A model generated the notes under the pieces. The model made no database searches, was not told where the DNA came from, and was given only the letters and a program-made list of their open reading frames with translations. This document shows positions 1-17,000 of a stretch of 38,171 nt of DNA, piece by piece. Source of the DNA: Eledone cirrhosa (taxonomy: Eukaryota); assembly GCA_964016885.1 (NCBI GenBank), contig CAXHJY010000633.1:1-38171 (forward strand). Direction: 5' to 3'. Positions within the stretch are counted from its first letter, which is position 1, and every line of letters begins with the position of its first letter. The position numbers and the translations under genes are program-made.

Positions 1-4930
<4,930 letters not shown>

Positions 4931-5545
4931 GTCAGGTCACCAGTTGGTGCTACTGGTAACATGTATGCCAGTACAACCTGTCCCATGGTCGGGTCGTTGG
5001 CGACTAAACTGGCAACCCCACCAAGGTTTCTTGGTGAGGAGGGTGACTTTGGACATCCTGCAGGACTAAAAACAAAACCTGTCAAAGGGCAAAGGAGCTC
5101 TTAAGAGTCAATGGCCATCCCAAATCACTGGGAGAGATGACCCCTTAGCCTTTGTCAAGGCAGAATTCTAGGAGAAGGAAAACTCTGATATAACACCTGC
5201 AACTCTGATGGTATCCAATGATGTTGACTTGTTCTTCTTTTTGGTAAATATCATCTTGGTTAAGAGAGTGGGACTGGCTTTGTGCAGTGCCTTTGCTCAC
5301 TATAAAAGCTTCACGGCACAGGCATTGCTTTATATCTGGAGATCTCTGATCTCTCTGCACTTGTCGTCACATGGTACCATGGGCCCAGCACTATGTGACA
5401 ATAATTGTCACAAGTGTAGTGTTTGTACCAGAGTTTTCAAGTCGCTGGCTGGACTAAAAAGTCACACTCGTTCAGCGCATCGGTAGTGGTTCTCCTACAT
5501 GAATATAAAGTAGTGGCCGTACTCGAAAACGAGTTGGCAGCCACC
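4931..5545 (+). mobile_element. Non-autonomous bipartite RTE derivative (5' UTR fused to 3' end of ORF2 and 3' tail)
   Basis: 5126-5328 aligns by eye with the 5' UTR of the LINE at 13732-13954 (cactgggag, ttctaggagaagg, atgatgttga, agagagtggga, gcacaggcattgc). 5400-5486 encodes [23 protein letters not shown], homologous to the last zinc finger of that LINE. It ends in tggccgtactcgaaaacgagttggcagccacc, like the LINE 3' end tggccatactcgataacgagggggcagccatc. Confidence 0.85.
4935..5014 (+). ncRNA. Candidate degenerate HDV-like ribozyme at the element 5' end
   Basis: P2 tgccagt (4966-4972) pairs with actggca (5008-5014). J4/2-like CTAA (5004-5007). P4 tcg-ttgg-cga. GG at 4991-4992 could pair with CC in the loop. 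J1/2 hairpin accagt/actggt. P1 is only 4 bp with wobbles and P3 is imperfect. Confidence 0.5.
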
Positions 5546-5593
5546 ATGTATATATATAATGTATGTATATATATATGTATGTATATATATATG

Positions 5594-5624
<31 letters not shown>

Positions 5625-5945
5625 TTGTATATATATATGTATATATATATGTATATATATATGTATATATATGTGTATATATATATGTATATATATGTGT
5701 ATATATATATGTGTAATATATATGTGTATATATATGTATATATATATGTATATATGTATATATATATGTATATGTATATATGTATATATATGTATATATA
5801 TATGTATATATATATGTATATATGTATATATATGTATATATGTATGTATATATATATGTATATATATATATATGTATGTATATATATATGTATGTATATA
5901 TATATGTATATATATATATATATATATGTGTATATATCTATCTAT
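5546..5945. repeat. (TA)n/(TATG)n array following the RTE-derivative 3' end
   Basis: Begins ATGTATATAT directly after the terminal hairpin. Confidence 0.95.
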
Positions 5946-5949
5946 CTAA

Positions 5950-6103
5950 GGCGGGTAAAAATCCCTGTCCTTAGGGCATCAACATATGTTAACCTTGGTC
6001 TTCCTCTTCTAGTGTGTCCATGTAGGGGCTCCCAAAGGAGCACTGAGTGCAATGTCAACTCTGGATGTCGGTGAGCATGTCCAGCCAACCTCAGTCTCCT
6101 CTG
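5950..6103 (-). mobile_element. RTE-clade LINE ORF2 C-terminal fragment (third family)
   Basis: Reverse strand translates [44 protein letters not shown], containing the RRLR..GH..R and RGRP motifs of RTE C-termini. Confidence 0.8.
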
Positions 6104-6496
6104 TATATATATATATATATATGCATGTATGTATATATATGTATGTATGGTATATATGTATGTATGTATATATGTATGTATGTATATATATATGTATATA
6201 TATATATATGTATGTATATATGTATGTATGTATATATGTATGTATGTATATATATATATATGTATGTATATATGTATGTATGTATGTATATATATGTATG
6301 TATATATGTATGTATGTATGTATATATATATGTATGTATGTATGTATATATATATATATGTATGTATATATATATATATGTATGTATATATATATGTATG
6401 TATATATATATGTGTATATATATATATATGTATGTATATATATATGTTATATGTATATATATATGTATGTATATATATATGTATGTATATATATAT
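6104..6496. repeat. (TA)n/(TATG)n array
   Basis: Direct reading. Confidence 0.95.
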
Positions 6497-7988
6497 GCTT
6501 TGGAGAGGAGCAATTATAGGGGTATAAAACTGATAGATCAGGTTATGAAAGTGGCAGAAAGGATTTTAGCACAACTAATTAGAGAAAGGGTCAAACTAGA
6601 TGAGATGCAGTTTGGTTTTGTGCCTGGGAAGAGTACAACGGATGCCCTCTTCTTGGTGAGACAAATGCAAGAGAGGTTCTTAGAGAAGATAAGCCACTAT
6701 ACTTGGCCTTTGTTGACCTAGAGAAGGCCTTTGATAGGGTACCCCGATCTGTCATCTGGTGGTCCCTAAGGAAGCTGGGTGTTGAGGAATGGCTTGTAAG
6801 GACAGTGCAAACTTTGTACAGAGGTACTCTCAGTAAAGTCAGGGTAGGAATGGAGTTTAGTGAGGAATTCCAGATACAAGTAGGAGTACATCAGGGTTCG
6901 GTCCTCAGCCCGCTCTTGTTCATTATAGTCCTCCAAGCCATAACAGAGGAGTTTAAGACTGGCTGTCCATGGGAACTTCTCTATGCTGACGATCTGGCTC
7001 TTATGGCAGAATCAGTAGAGGAGCTAGAGAATAAATTCCGGCTATGGAAACAGCAGTTGGAAGCAAGAGGACTGAGAGTAAATCTAGCTAAGACAAAAGT
7101 GTTGATGAGTAGAAAAGAGGACAAAACCCTGATTCCGTCAGGGAAATGGCCATGTTCGATATGCAGAAAAGGAACTGGCATAAATTCTATAAAATGACAC
7201 ACAATGTAGGTCCTGGGTACACAAGAGATGTAGCGGGATAGCAGGCAAACTAACAGGTAGGGAGAAATATGTATGCAGTAGATGTACAGGGAAATTAGAC
7301 AGTAGAAGTCGCACTGATAGACACATTTTTCAAATGCGAGAGGGCGCTATAGAAGTGGTGGATAGCTTCCGGTACCTAGGAGATCAGATTAGCATGGGAG
7401 GAGGGTGTTCCGAGGCCATAGTATCTAGAATAAGGACGGGTTGGAAGAAGTTTAGGGAGCTGCTTCCTCTGTTGACGAAGAAGGGTTTCTCCCTGCGTAC
7501 GAAAGGCCGGTTGTATGATGCCTGTGTGAGGAGCGCGATGCTGCATGGTAGTGAGACATGGGCAGCTACCGCAGAAGATATGCGACGGCTGGAGAGAAAT
7601 GAGGCAAGCATGCTCCGTTGGATGTGCAGTGTAAATGTGCGTGAACGACCCAGCATAAATGTGTTGAGAGAGAAACTGTGTCTGAGAGGGATAGAATGTA
7701 GTGTACGGTGAGAGGAGACTGAGGTGGTATGGACATGTGATGCGCATGGAGGATGACCGATGGGTGAAGAAGTGCCAGGAAATGCCAGTTGAAGGAAGAC
7801 GTAGTAGAGGTAGACCACGAAAAACATGGGCGGAGGTGGTGAGAACAGACCTCAGATCATTGAAGCTCACGGTGGAGATGACGAGGGACCGTGACGAGTG
7901 GAGAGATGCTGTGCTGAATAAGACCCGTCCCACCCTTGCAAGCAGGGAAAAGCGGACGTAAAATGATGATGATGATGATGATGATGAT
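6497..7988 (+). mobile_element. 5'-truncated RTE LINE (family B): RT with internal PHD finger, (GAT)n tail
   Basis: [80 protein letters not shown]. 1-bp frameshifts near 6690, 7197 and 7708. Ends cccgtcccacccttgcaagcagggaaaagcggacgtaaaa(tga)n. Confidence 0.95.
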
Positions 7989-8052
7989 ATATATGTATGT
8001 ATGTATGTATATATATATGTATGTATGTATGTATTATATATATGTATGTATG

Positions 8053-8120
<68 letters not shown>

Positions 8121-8160
8121 TATATATGTATGTATGTATATATATATGTATGTATGTATG

Positions 8161-8228
<68 letters not shown>

Positions 8229-8238
8229 TATATGTATG
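7989..8238. repeat. (TA)n/(TATG)n array
   Basis: Direct reading. Confidence 0.95.
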
Positions 8239-8779
8239 TAAACCAAAAAAGAGGTATAAGGATTCCTTGAAGGCCTCTCTGAAAGACGCTAACATCTCTG
8301 CTGATACATGGGAAAATATTGCTGCTGATCGTAATAAATGGAGAAAGACTGTATATGAGGGAAAAGTTGCCTTTGAGGCATCTCGAATCGCACACGAGAA
8401 AGTAAAGCGGGACGTGAGGAAGGGTATTGCTGTTTGCACTTCCAGACGGCGAGGGTCCTCCTATGTTTCTGACATGCAGCGTCTGTGCGAGACTCTGCCT
8501 AAGCAAAGCTGGACTCGAAAGTCATCTTCGCAGTCATAAAGTAAGACCAGTGGTTGACTACCAGGCTGCTGTTGGAGATGCTACTCATCATGCTTGCCAA
8601 ACATGTGGTAGAGAATGTAAATCAGCAGGAGGACTCAAGCGACATGCAAAAGTACACGAACTCCAACCACAGCCGACTATTCCCAGTAAGTGTTTTGGTT
8701 GCCGACTCTGTGCAAGACATTTTGGATCATTGGCTGGGCTAAAAAGCCACATTCGATCGCAGCACTGTTAGTTGCTATC

Positions 8780-8817
<38 letters not shown>

Positions 8818-8896
8818 GCTTATGTGCGTGCGTGTGTGTGTATATATATATGAATATGTATATTATTATTGTTGTTGTCGTTATTATTATTATTGC

Positions 8897-8987
<91 letters not shown>

Positions 8988-9032
8988 TTTTATTGTGCAA
9001 TGGCCATACTCGATAACGAGGGGGCAGCCATC
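8239..9032 (+). mobile_element. 5'-truncated copy of RTE family A (three C2H2 fingers, microsatellite-rich 3' UTR, terminal hairpin)
   Basis: 8239-8771 is nearly identical to 17083-17614 (I see one 1-bp insertion near 8433 and about three substitutions). Same 3' terminus as at 18100. Confidence 0.95.
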
Positions 9033-9053
9033 ATGTATGTATATATATATATG

Positions 9054-9102
<49 letters not shown>

Positions 9103-9289
9103 GTATGTATATATATATGTATGTATGTATGTATATATATATATATATATGTATGTATATATATATATATATATATGTATGTATATATATATATATATAT
9201 ATGTATGTGTATATATATATATATATATGTATGTATATTATATAATATATATATATGTATGTGTATATATATATATATATATATGTATG

Positions 9290-9320
<31 letters not shown>

Positions 9321-9364
9321 ATATATATATATATATATATGTATGTAGTATATATATATGTATG

Positions 9365-9395
<31 letters not shown>

Positions 9396-9958
9396 ATATA
9401 TATATATATATGTATGTATATATATATATATATGTATGTATGTATATATATATATATATATGTATGTATATATATATATTACATACATATATATATATAT
9501 ATATACATACATATATATATATATATTATATTTACATACATATATATATATATATATACATACATATATATATATATACATACATACATACATATATATA
9601 TATATATGTATGTATATATATATATATGTATGTATATATATATATATGTATGTATATATATATATATGTATGTATATATATATATATATATGTATGGTAT
9701 ATATGTATGTATGTATATATATATGGTATGTATGTATATATATATATATGTATGTATATATATATATATATATGTATGTATATATATATAATATGTATGT
9801 ATGTATATATATATGTATATATATGTATGTATGTATATATATGTATGTATGTATATATATATGTATATATATGTATGTATGTATATATATGTATGTATGT
9901 ATATATATATGTATATATATTATGTATGTATATATATATATATGTATGTATATATATG

Positions 9959-10005
<47 letters not shown>

Positions 10006-10051
10006 GTATATATATATATGTATATATATATATGTATATATATATATGTAT

Positions 10052-10092
<41 letters not shown>

Positions 10093-10110
10093 TATGTATA
10101 TATATATATG

Positions 10111-10202
<92 letters not shown>

Positions 10203-10206
10203 TATG

Positions 10207-10282
<76 letters not shown>

Positions 10283-10289
10283 TATGTAT

Positions 10290-10358
<69 letters not shown>

Positions 10359-10850
10359 TATGTATATATATATATGTATGTATATATATATATGTATATA
10401 TATATATGTATGTATATATATTATATATATGTATGTATTATTATAGTATGTATATATATATATGTATTTATATATATATGTATGTATATATATATATGTA
10501 TATATATATATGTATATATAGTATATTATATATATATGTATATTATATGTATGTATATATTATTATATGTATGTATATATATATGTATGTATGTATATAT
10601 ATATATATGTATGTATATATATATATATGTATGTAGTATATATATATATGTATGTATATATATATATATATGTATGTGTATATATATATATATGTATGTA
10701 TATATATATATATGTATGTATAGTATATATAATATAATGTATGTATATATTATATGTATGTATATATATAGTATGTATGTATATATATATAGTATGTATG
10801 TATATATATATATATATGTATGTAATATGTATGTATGATATATATATATA
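9033..10850. repeat. (TA)n/(TATG)n array with an inverted (TACA) patch at about 9480-9595
   Basis: Direct reading. Confidence 0.95.
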
Positions 10851-12742
10851 ACTTTGAATAACTTTGAAATGTTTTGGCCAGTATTGGCCCAGGCCATGTC
10901 TAACTTAATAGCACCACCTGGCGAAGTCTTTCAATTCAGGATTTGGGCACCATGGCCCATTCGAGAAGAGAATTACTGTTTTGCGGAGACATATCCGGGT
11001 GTGGGTGGTTTGTCCGGGATTACTTGGAGGAATTTGTCCAAAGACTTCTTGAATCTTGTGTGGTCAGTTTCTGTTTTGACGTGTCCTGGTGTGATGTTGA
11101 AGAGAGCAGGGCCGATTGAGGTGAAATAATTGTGCCGTATTGTTGTTATGAGTTGCGATTTAGATTTTTGAATGGGACGGATAGCACGGGGCCCAAGCCT
11201 TGGGTGTATCTTGAAGGCGATGCCAACATCATTTGGGCAGTGATGATGGAACATTTTCCACATCATGCAGATAATATAACGCTCACGGCGACGTTGGAGT
11301 GAGTAAAGTTTCAGGTTTTCCAATCGACCCCAGTAGTCAAGTCTGACATGCCATCTATCTTTTTCGTGATTGCCCTTTGAGGAGCTTCAAGTTTCATGAT
11401 ACTTTGTTTCGTGTGGGGAGACCACAGTGGACAACAGTATTCAAGGTGTGGTCGGGCGAAAGTAGAGAAGAGAAGGATAATGGTGCGGGGAATCTCTCGA
11501 CTGGAAGGTTCTGAGGATCCAGGAACACATTCTGCGGGCCATGTCAACTTTGCTGCTTATATGCGTGGTCCAGCTTATGTTGCTGTCCACGGTTACTCCC
11601 AAGTCTCTGATGTTGTTAGATGCCACGAGAGTTTCCCCGGAGGGAAGGGAGTACGGGAGTTTCAGAGCATCCTCTTTTCCAAAGTGGATCAGTTCGAATT
11701 TGTCTTCGTTCAGTAACATGTTGTTCTTTTCTGCCCATTGGGTAACAGCCAGTAGGTCTGACTGAAGGCTTATCCGGTCATCCACGCCATTGATGACCTT
11801 TTGGAGCTTGAATCATCAGCGAAAATTTAATGTTGCTGTGTTTGATGATGTCAGTGATGTCATTAATATAGATGATGAAGAGAAGTGGGCCCAACACAGT
11901 GCCTTGTGGGACTCCACTACTGACTTTGGCTGGGCTTGATTTGACTCCCTCAACTACAACATGTTGGGTTCTGTTTGACAGGAAGCTCTTGATCCACTGC
12001 AGCAGCTTTCCAGTGACACCAATATTGGACAGCTTTCTCAGTAGAATGTTAATGATCAACCCTGTCAAAGGCCTTGCTGAAATCAAGGTAGATAACATCA
12101 GTGTTGGAACCCTCTCCCAAGGCTCTCAAAATGTCATCAAAGTGATGCAGTAGTTGCGTCAGGCAATCCCTTCCATTACGGAATCCATGCTGGTTGGAGT
12201 TCAGCATATTGTTACTCTCAAGGAAGTGGGTCATTCGCGATCTCACCACTCGCTCAAATACCTTAATGATATGAGAGGTGAGTGAGATTGGACGGTAATT
12301 CACGGCAAGGGATTTGTTTCCCTTTTTGAAAACTGGGACAACAGACTGGGATAGAAGGTTTTCTGGCACATATCCAGCATCCAGTGAGTTCCGCCACAGA
12401 TTGGCAAGAGGAGAAGCAAGTTGGGTGTTGACACGCCTTCAAGACACAAGCAGGGAACCTATCGGGACCTACTGCTGAATTATGTTTGATTTCCTTTATT
12501 GCCGCCAAGACATCAGGGGGCGCCAACGTTATGTCCGATAAGGTGTAATGGGGAGTAACATCGCCGATACAGCCCAGATCGGCCATATCAGGATTGCTGA
12601 AAACAGAGCAGTATTGTTTCTGCCAGTATCTCACCCATGGTTTTAGCATTGTCTTGAAGAGTGCCATTTTCATCAATTAGAGGGGCCAACAGTAGAGCCA
12701 GTGATTTTGTGTTTTTTTGCAAATGAAAAGAACACTTTGGGA
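10851..12742 (-). mobile_element. 5'-truncated CR1/L2-group LINE (RT and C-terminal region, 3' hairpin and short tandem tail)
   Basis: Minus-strand ORFs: GPDRFP, NYRPISLTS, NQHGFR, YLDFSKAFDRVDH, SGVPQGTVLGPLLF, FADD, RDLGV, RPHLEYCCPLWSP, LYSLQRRRERY. The 3' end on the minus strand has ggcca-atac-tggcc followed by (ttcaaagtta)2. Several 1-bp frameshifts. Confidence 0.93.
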
Positions 12743-12812
12743 TATATATGTATGTATATATATATATGTATGTATATATATATATATATGTATGTATATA
12801 TATATATATATG

Positions 12813-12864
<52 letters not shown>

Positions 12865-12870
12865 TGTATG

Positions 12871-12901
<31 letters not shown>

Positions 12902-13004
12902 ATATATATATATGTATGTATATATATATATATGTATGTATATATATATATATGTATGTATATATATATATATATATATGTATGTATATATATATATATG
13001 TATG

Positions 13005-13042
<38 letters not shown>

Positions 13043-13451
13043 TATGTATGTATATATATATATATATGTATGTATATATATATATATATGTATGTATGTA
13101 TATATATATATATGTAATGTATATATATATATATGTATGTATATATATATATATATATGTATGTATATATATATATATGTATGTATATATATATATATAT
13201 ATGTATGTATATATATATATATATATGTATGTATATATATATATATATGTATGTATATATATATATATATATATGTATGTATATATATATATATATGTAT
13301 GTATATATATATATATATTATATGTATGTATATATATATATATATATATGTATGTAATATATATATATATATATGTATGTATGTATATATATATATATGT
13401 ATGTATGTATATATATATATATGTATGTATATATATATATATGTATGTATG

Positions 13452-13484
<33 letters not shown>

Positions 13485-13523
13485 ATATATATGTATGTAT
13501 GTATATATATATGTATGTATGTA

Positions 13524-13556
<33 letters not shown>

Positions 13557-13570
13557 ATATATGTATATAT
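12743..13570. repeat. (TA)n/(TATG)n array
   Basis: Direct reading. Confidence 0.95.
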
Positions 13571-13839
13571 GTGTGTTTGTTGTGTGTGCGAGTGTTGCTG
13601 TGTGCACGCATATGTATGCGTGTGTGTGTATGTCGTACGTATAAGTGTCAATAAGTAATTTTTTTTTTTTTTTTTTTTTTGCGCGGGGACATAGAAATAA
13701 TCGGGCTGGATGCCCGATCGCGCAGTTAAACCACTGGGAGTGAAGAACCCCTAGCCCATGTCAGGGTATTCTTCTAGGAGAAGGCATCTCAGGAAACTGG
13801 GTTAACTCCGATATAAAACCTGCGGCTCAGTAGTTACCG

Positions 13840-13977
13840 ATGATGTTGATCTTTTCTTCTTTTCGGGTTATAGCTACTGTCGCTCAGAGAGTGGGATTGG
13901 TTCAGTGCACAGTCTTTCCTCACTTTAAAAATATTCGTCACGCACAGGCATTGCACGAGTGCATTAATAATTATTAA
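13840..13977 (+). CDS. 45-aa upstream ORF (short ORF1-like) of the RTE element
   Basis: ATG at 13840 to TAA at 13977: MMLIFSSFRVIATVAQRVGLVQCTVFPHFKNIRHAQALHECINNY. The homologous segment at 5218-5330 keeps the ATGATG start, RVGL..C..F.H.K and AQAL, with a 3-nt indel. Confidence 0.5.
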   Translation: MMLIFSSFRVIATVAQRVGLVQCTVFPHFKNIRHAQALHECINNY

Positions 13978-13983
13978 TAGTGT

Positions 13984-14018
<35 letters not shown>

Positions 14019-14023
14019 TATTA

Positions 14024-14059
<36 letters not shown>

Positions 14060-14067
14060 CCAATTCA

Positions 14068-17000
14068 ATGATGTTCCAGAACAATGTAAACGAGATAATT
14101 GCCAATTTGGGTTCTGGAACAAAAGAGATCATTGGCAATAAGGGCAGGGGCCCCAAGTTATCACAACCTGGGCCCGCCCGTCATCGTGCCATTGTAATAG
14201 AGCCAAACAGGGCATTTAGTCTTGGCTGCTGGAACGTACGGACGCTGCTTGACAGGGATTCTTTGGAGCGTCCTGAACGAAGGACCGCTCTTGTTGCGAA
14301 GGAGCTTCGACGTTACGATCTTGACATCGTGGCTTTGTCTGAGACGAGGTTAGCTGGAGATGGTCATCTTACGGAATTTTGTGGAGAATATACATTCTTC
14401 TGGAAAGGAAGAGATGAAGGAACCAGAAGAGAGGCTGGGGTAGGATTTGCTGTTAAGACTGTACTGGTGAATAAATTGGAAGAATTCCCAGTGGGGATTA
14501 GTGAGCGTCTTATGTCCATGAGAGTTCCGCTGGACAAGGGAAGATATGCTACCCTGGTGAGTGTGTATGCTCCAACTATGAATTCTGTCGATGAAGAAAA
14601 ACTGTCCTTTTACCATGCCTTGAAAGGTGTTTTAAGAAATATCTCTCAGGCAGACAAAGTCATCGTGCTTGGTGACTTTAATGCTAGAGTGGGTAGGGAT
14701 TTTAACACATGGAATGTAATCGGAAGGCATGGGGTGGGAAAGTGTAACAGCAATGGTATGCTCTTGCTGCAGATGTGTGAGGAGCTGGATCTGTGTGTTA
14801 CCAACACCATGTTCCAACAAAAGAACAAATTCAAGACCACATGGATGCATCCTGCATCTAAGGAATGGCATCTTTTGGACTACGTCCTAGTCAGGATGCG
14901 TGACAGACAGGATGTGCAGTGTGTTCGTGTTCTTCGTGGAGCTGAGTGCTGGACGGACCACCGCCTGGTACGCGCAAAAGTGAATCTAATCACCAAACGT
15001 AAAATCCGGGCTCCTGGTGTTGCCCTGCCCAAAAGATTGAATGCTGCTCGTCTTAAGGATAAAAATGTGAAGAGGACATTGGAAGAAGAGATGCAGGCTG
15101 CAGATCTTGGTGAGGATTGGCCGACCCTTAAAAAGTCGGTTTATGATGTAGGCAGACGTGTTCTGGGATTGGTGCAGAGAAAACATCAGGACTGGTTTGA
15201 TGAGAAGGATGTGCATATAGATGACTTGTTGGCTGATAAGAGGCGCGCTCTGTCACGCTACTTGACGGCAAGACCACAGGAGAGGAATACGTTGCATGAG
15301 GAGCTCAGGGATGTAAAATCACGTGTTAGGCGGAGTCTTTCTCAGATGAAGGATCAGTGGTGGAGTGAGAAGGCTGGTGAGATACAAACTGCGTCTGATT
15401 GCAATAACACAAAGCTGTTGTACAGTCTCTTGCGTGAGGTTTATGGACCGTCTTCTTCTCTGGTGACACCGATTCGCAGCAAGGATGGCAAAGAACTTCT
15501 TCGTGACTCACAGGGAATTCTACGAAGGTGGCGAGAGCACTTTGATGATCTTTTGAATCAGCCGTCTGTCGTCAGTGAAGATTTCCTCAATCTCATTCCG
15601 GAAAGTCCTGTGAAAGTAGCTCTCGCAGAACCTCCGACACTTGTGGAGGTTGCAGTGGCTATTTCGAAGCTGAACAGTGGAAGATCTCCAGGTATGGATG
15701 GCATACATGCTGAGCTCCTACAATATGGTGGTGAGAGACTCCTGCAACATCTTCACTCTCTGTTTGGAAGGATATGGGCTAATGAATCCGTGCCTGAGGA
15801 CTGGAGAGATGCAGTAATGGTGGTCTTGTACAAGGGAAAGGGGTAACAGGAATGATTGTGGGAACTACAGAGGTATATCATTGCTTTCTGTCGTGGGGAA
15901 AGTTTTATGTAGGGTGCTTCTGGACCGTCTGCTGACACACATTGCAGATTGTGTCCTTCCTGAAAGTCAATCTGGTTTTCGTGTTGGGCGCGGCACTACT
16001 GATATGATCTTCTCAGCTAGACAGCTCCAGGAGAAGTGCATTGAACAGGGCTTGGATCTGTATCAGGTTTTTGTCGATCTGACAAAGGCTTTCGATACTG
16101 TCAACAGAGATGCATTATGGAAGGTTCTCCAGAAACTTGGTTGCCCCTGATAAGTTCCTTGCTTTAGTTAGGTCTTTCCATGACGACATGAAGGCTTGGG
16201 TTAATGTCGGAAGGTAACGTGTCGGAGCCTATCTCAGTAAAAAAATGGGAGTGAAACAGGGGGATATTCCAGCACCGACCCTGTTTGCCATATTACTTTG
16301 CAATGGTTTTCTGTATTGCATTCAGGAATTGCGAGCATGGTGTTTACATCCGATATCGAACCTCAGGCAGCATATTTAACATCAGGCGCTTTGCTGCGAA
16401 GACAAAAGTATTTACATCAGTCATAAGAGACCTCTTGTATGCAGATGATTGCGATCTTGTAGCGCACACAGAGAGTGATATGCAGCACATTTTGAATGTA
16501 TTTTCTGACGCTTGCACTGCCCTGGGTTTGACTGTCAGTCTCAAGAAAACCGTCGTCATGTACCAACCTGCACCTGGTAGGCAGTACACTGACCAAACAT
16601 CTATGTGTATGGCAAACGACTTGGAGTGGTTGATCAGTTTGTCTACCTGGGAAGCACTGTCAATCGATACGGCAACCTTGACAGTGAGATCTCACTTAGG
16701 ATTAGGAAAGCAAGTGATGCTTTCGGAAAGCTAGAAAGGCGACTCTGGGGTCGGCGAGACATATGCAGGAGGACAAAGGTAAAGGTGTACAGGGCATGTG
16801 TACTTGTCTTCTTTATGCCTGCGAGACCTGGGTCACATATCGACGCCACCTTAAGCAATTGGAGCGTTTCCATCAGATGTGTCTCAGACGGATACATGGC
16901 GTTCGCTGGAGGGACCACATCAGTGATGTCGAGATTTTGGAAAGCTCTATGTGTGACAGTATAGAAGCTCTTGTGCTTAAGCAGCGACTCCGTTGGAGTG

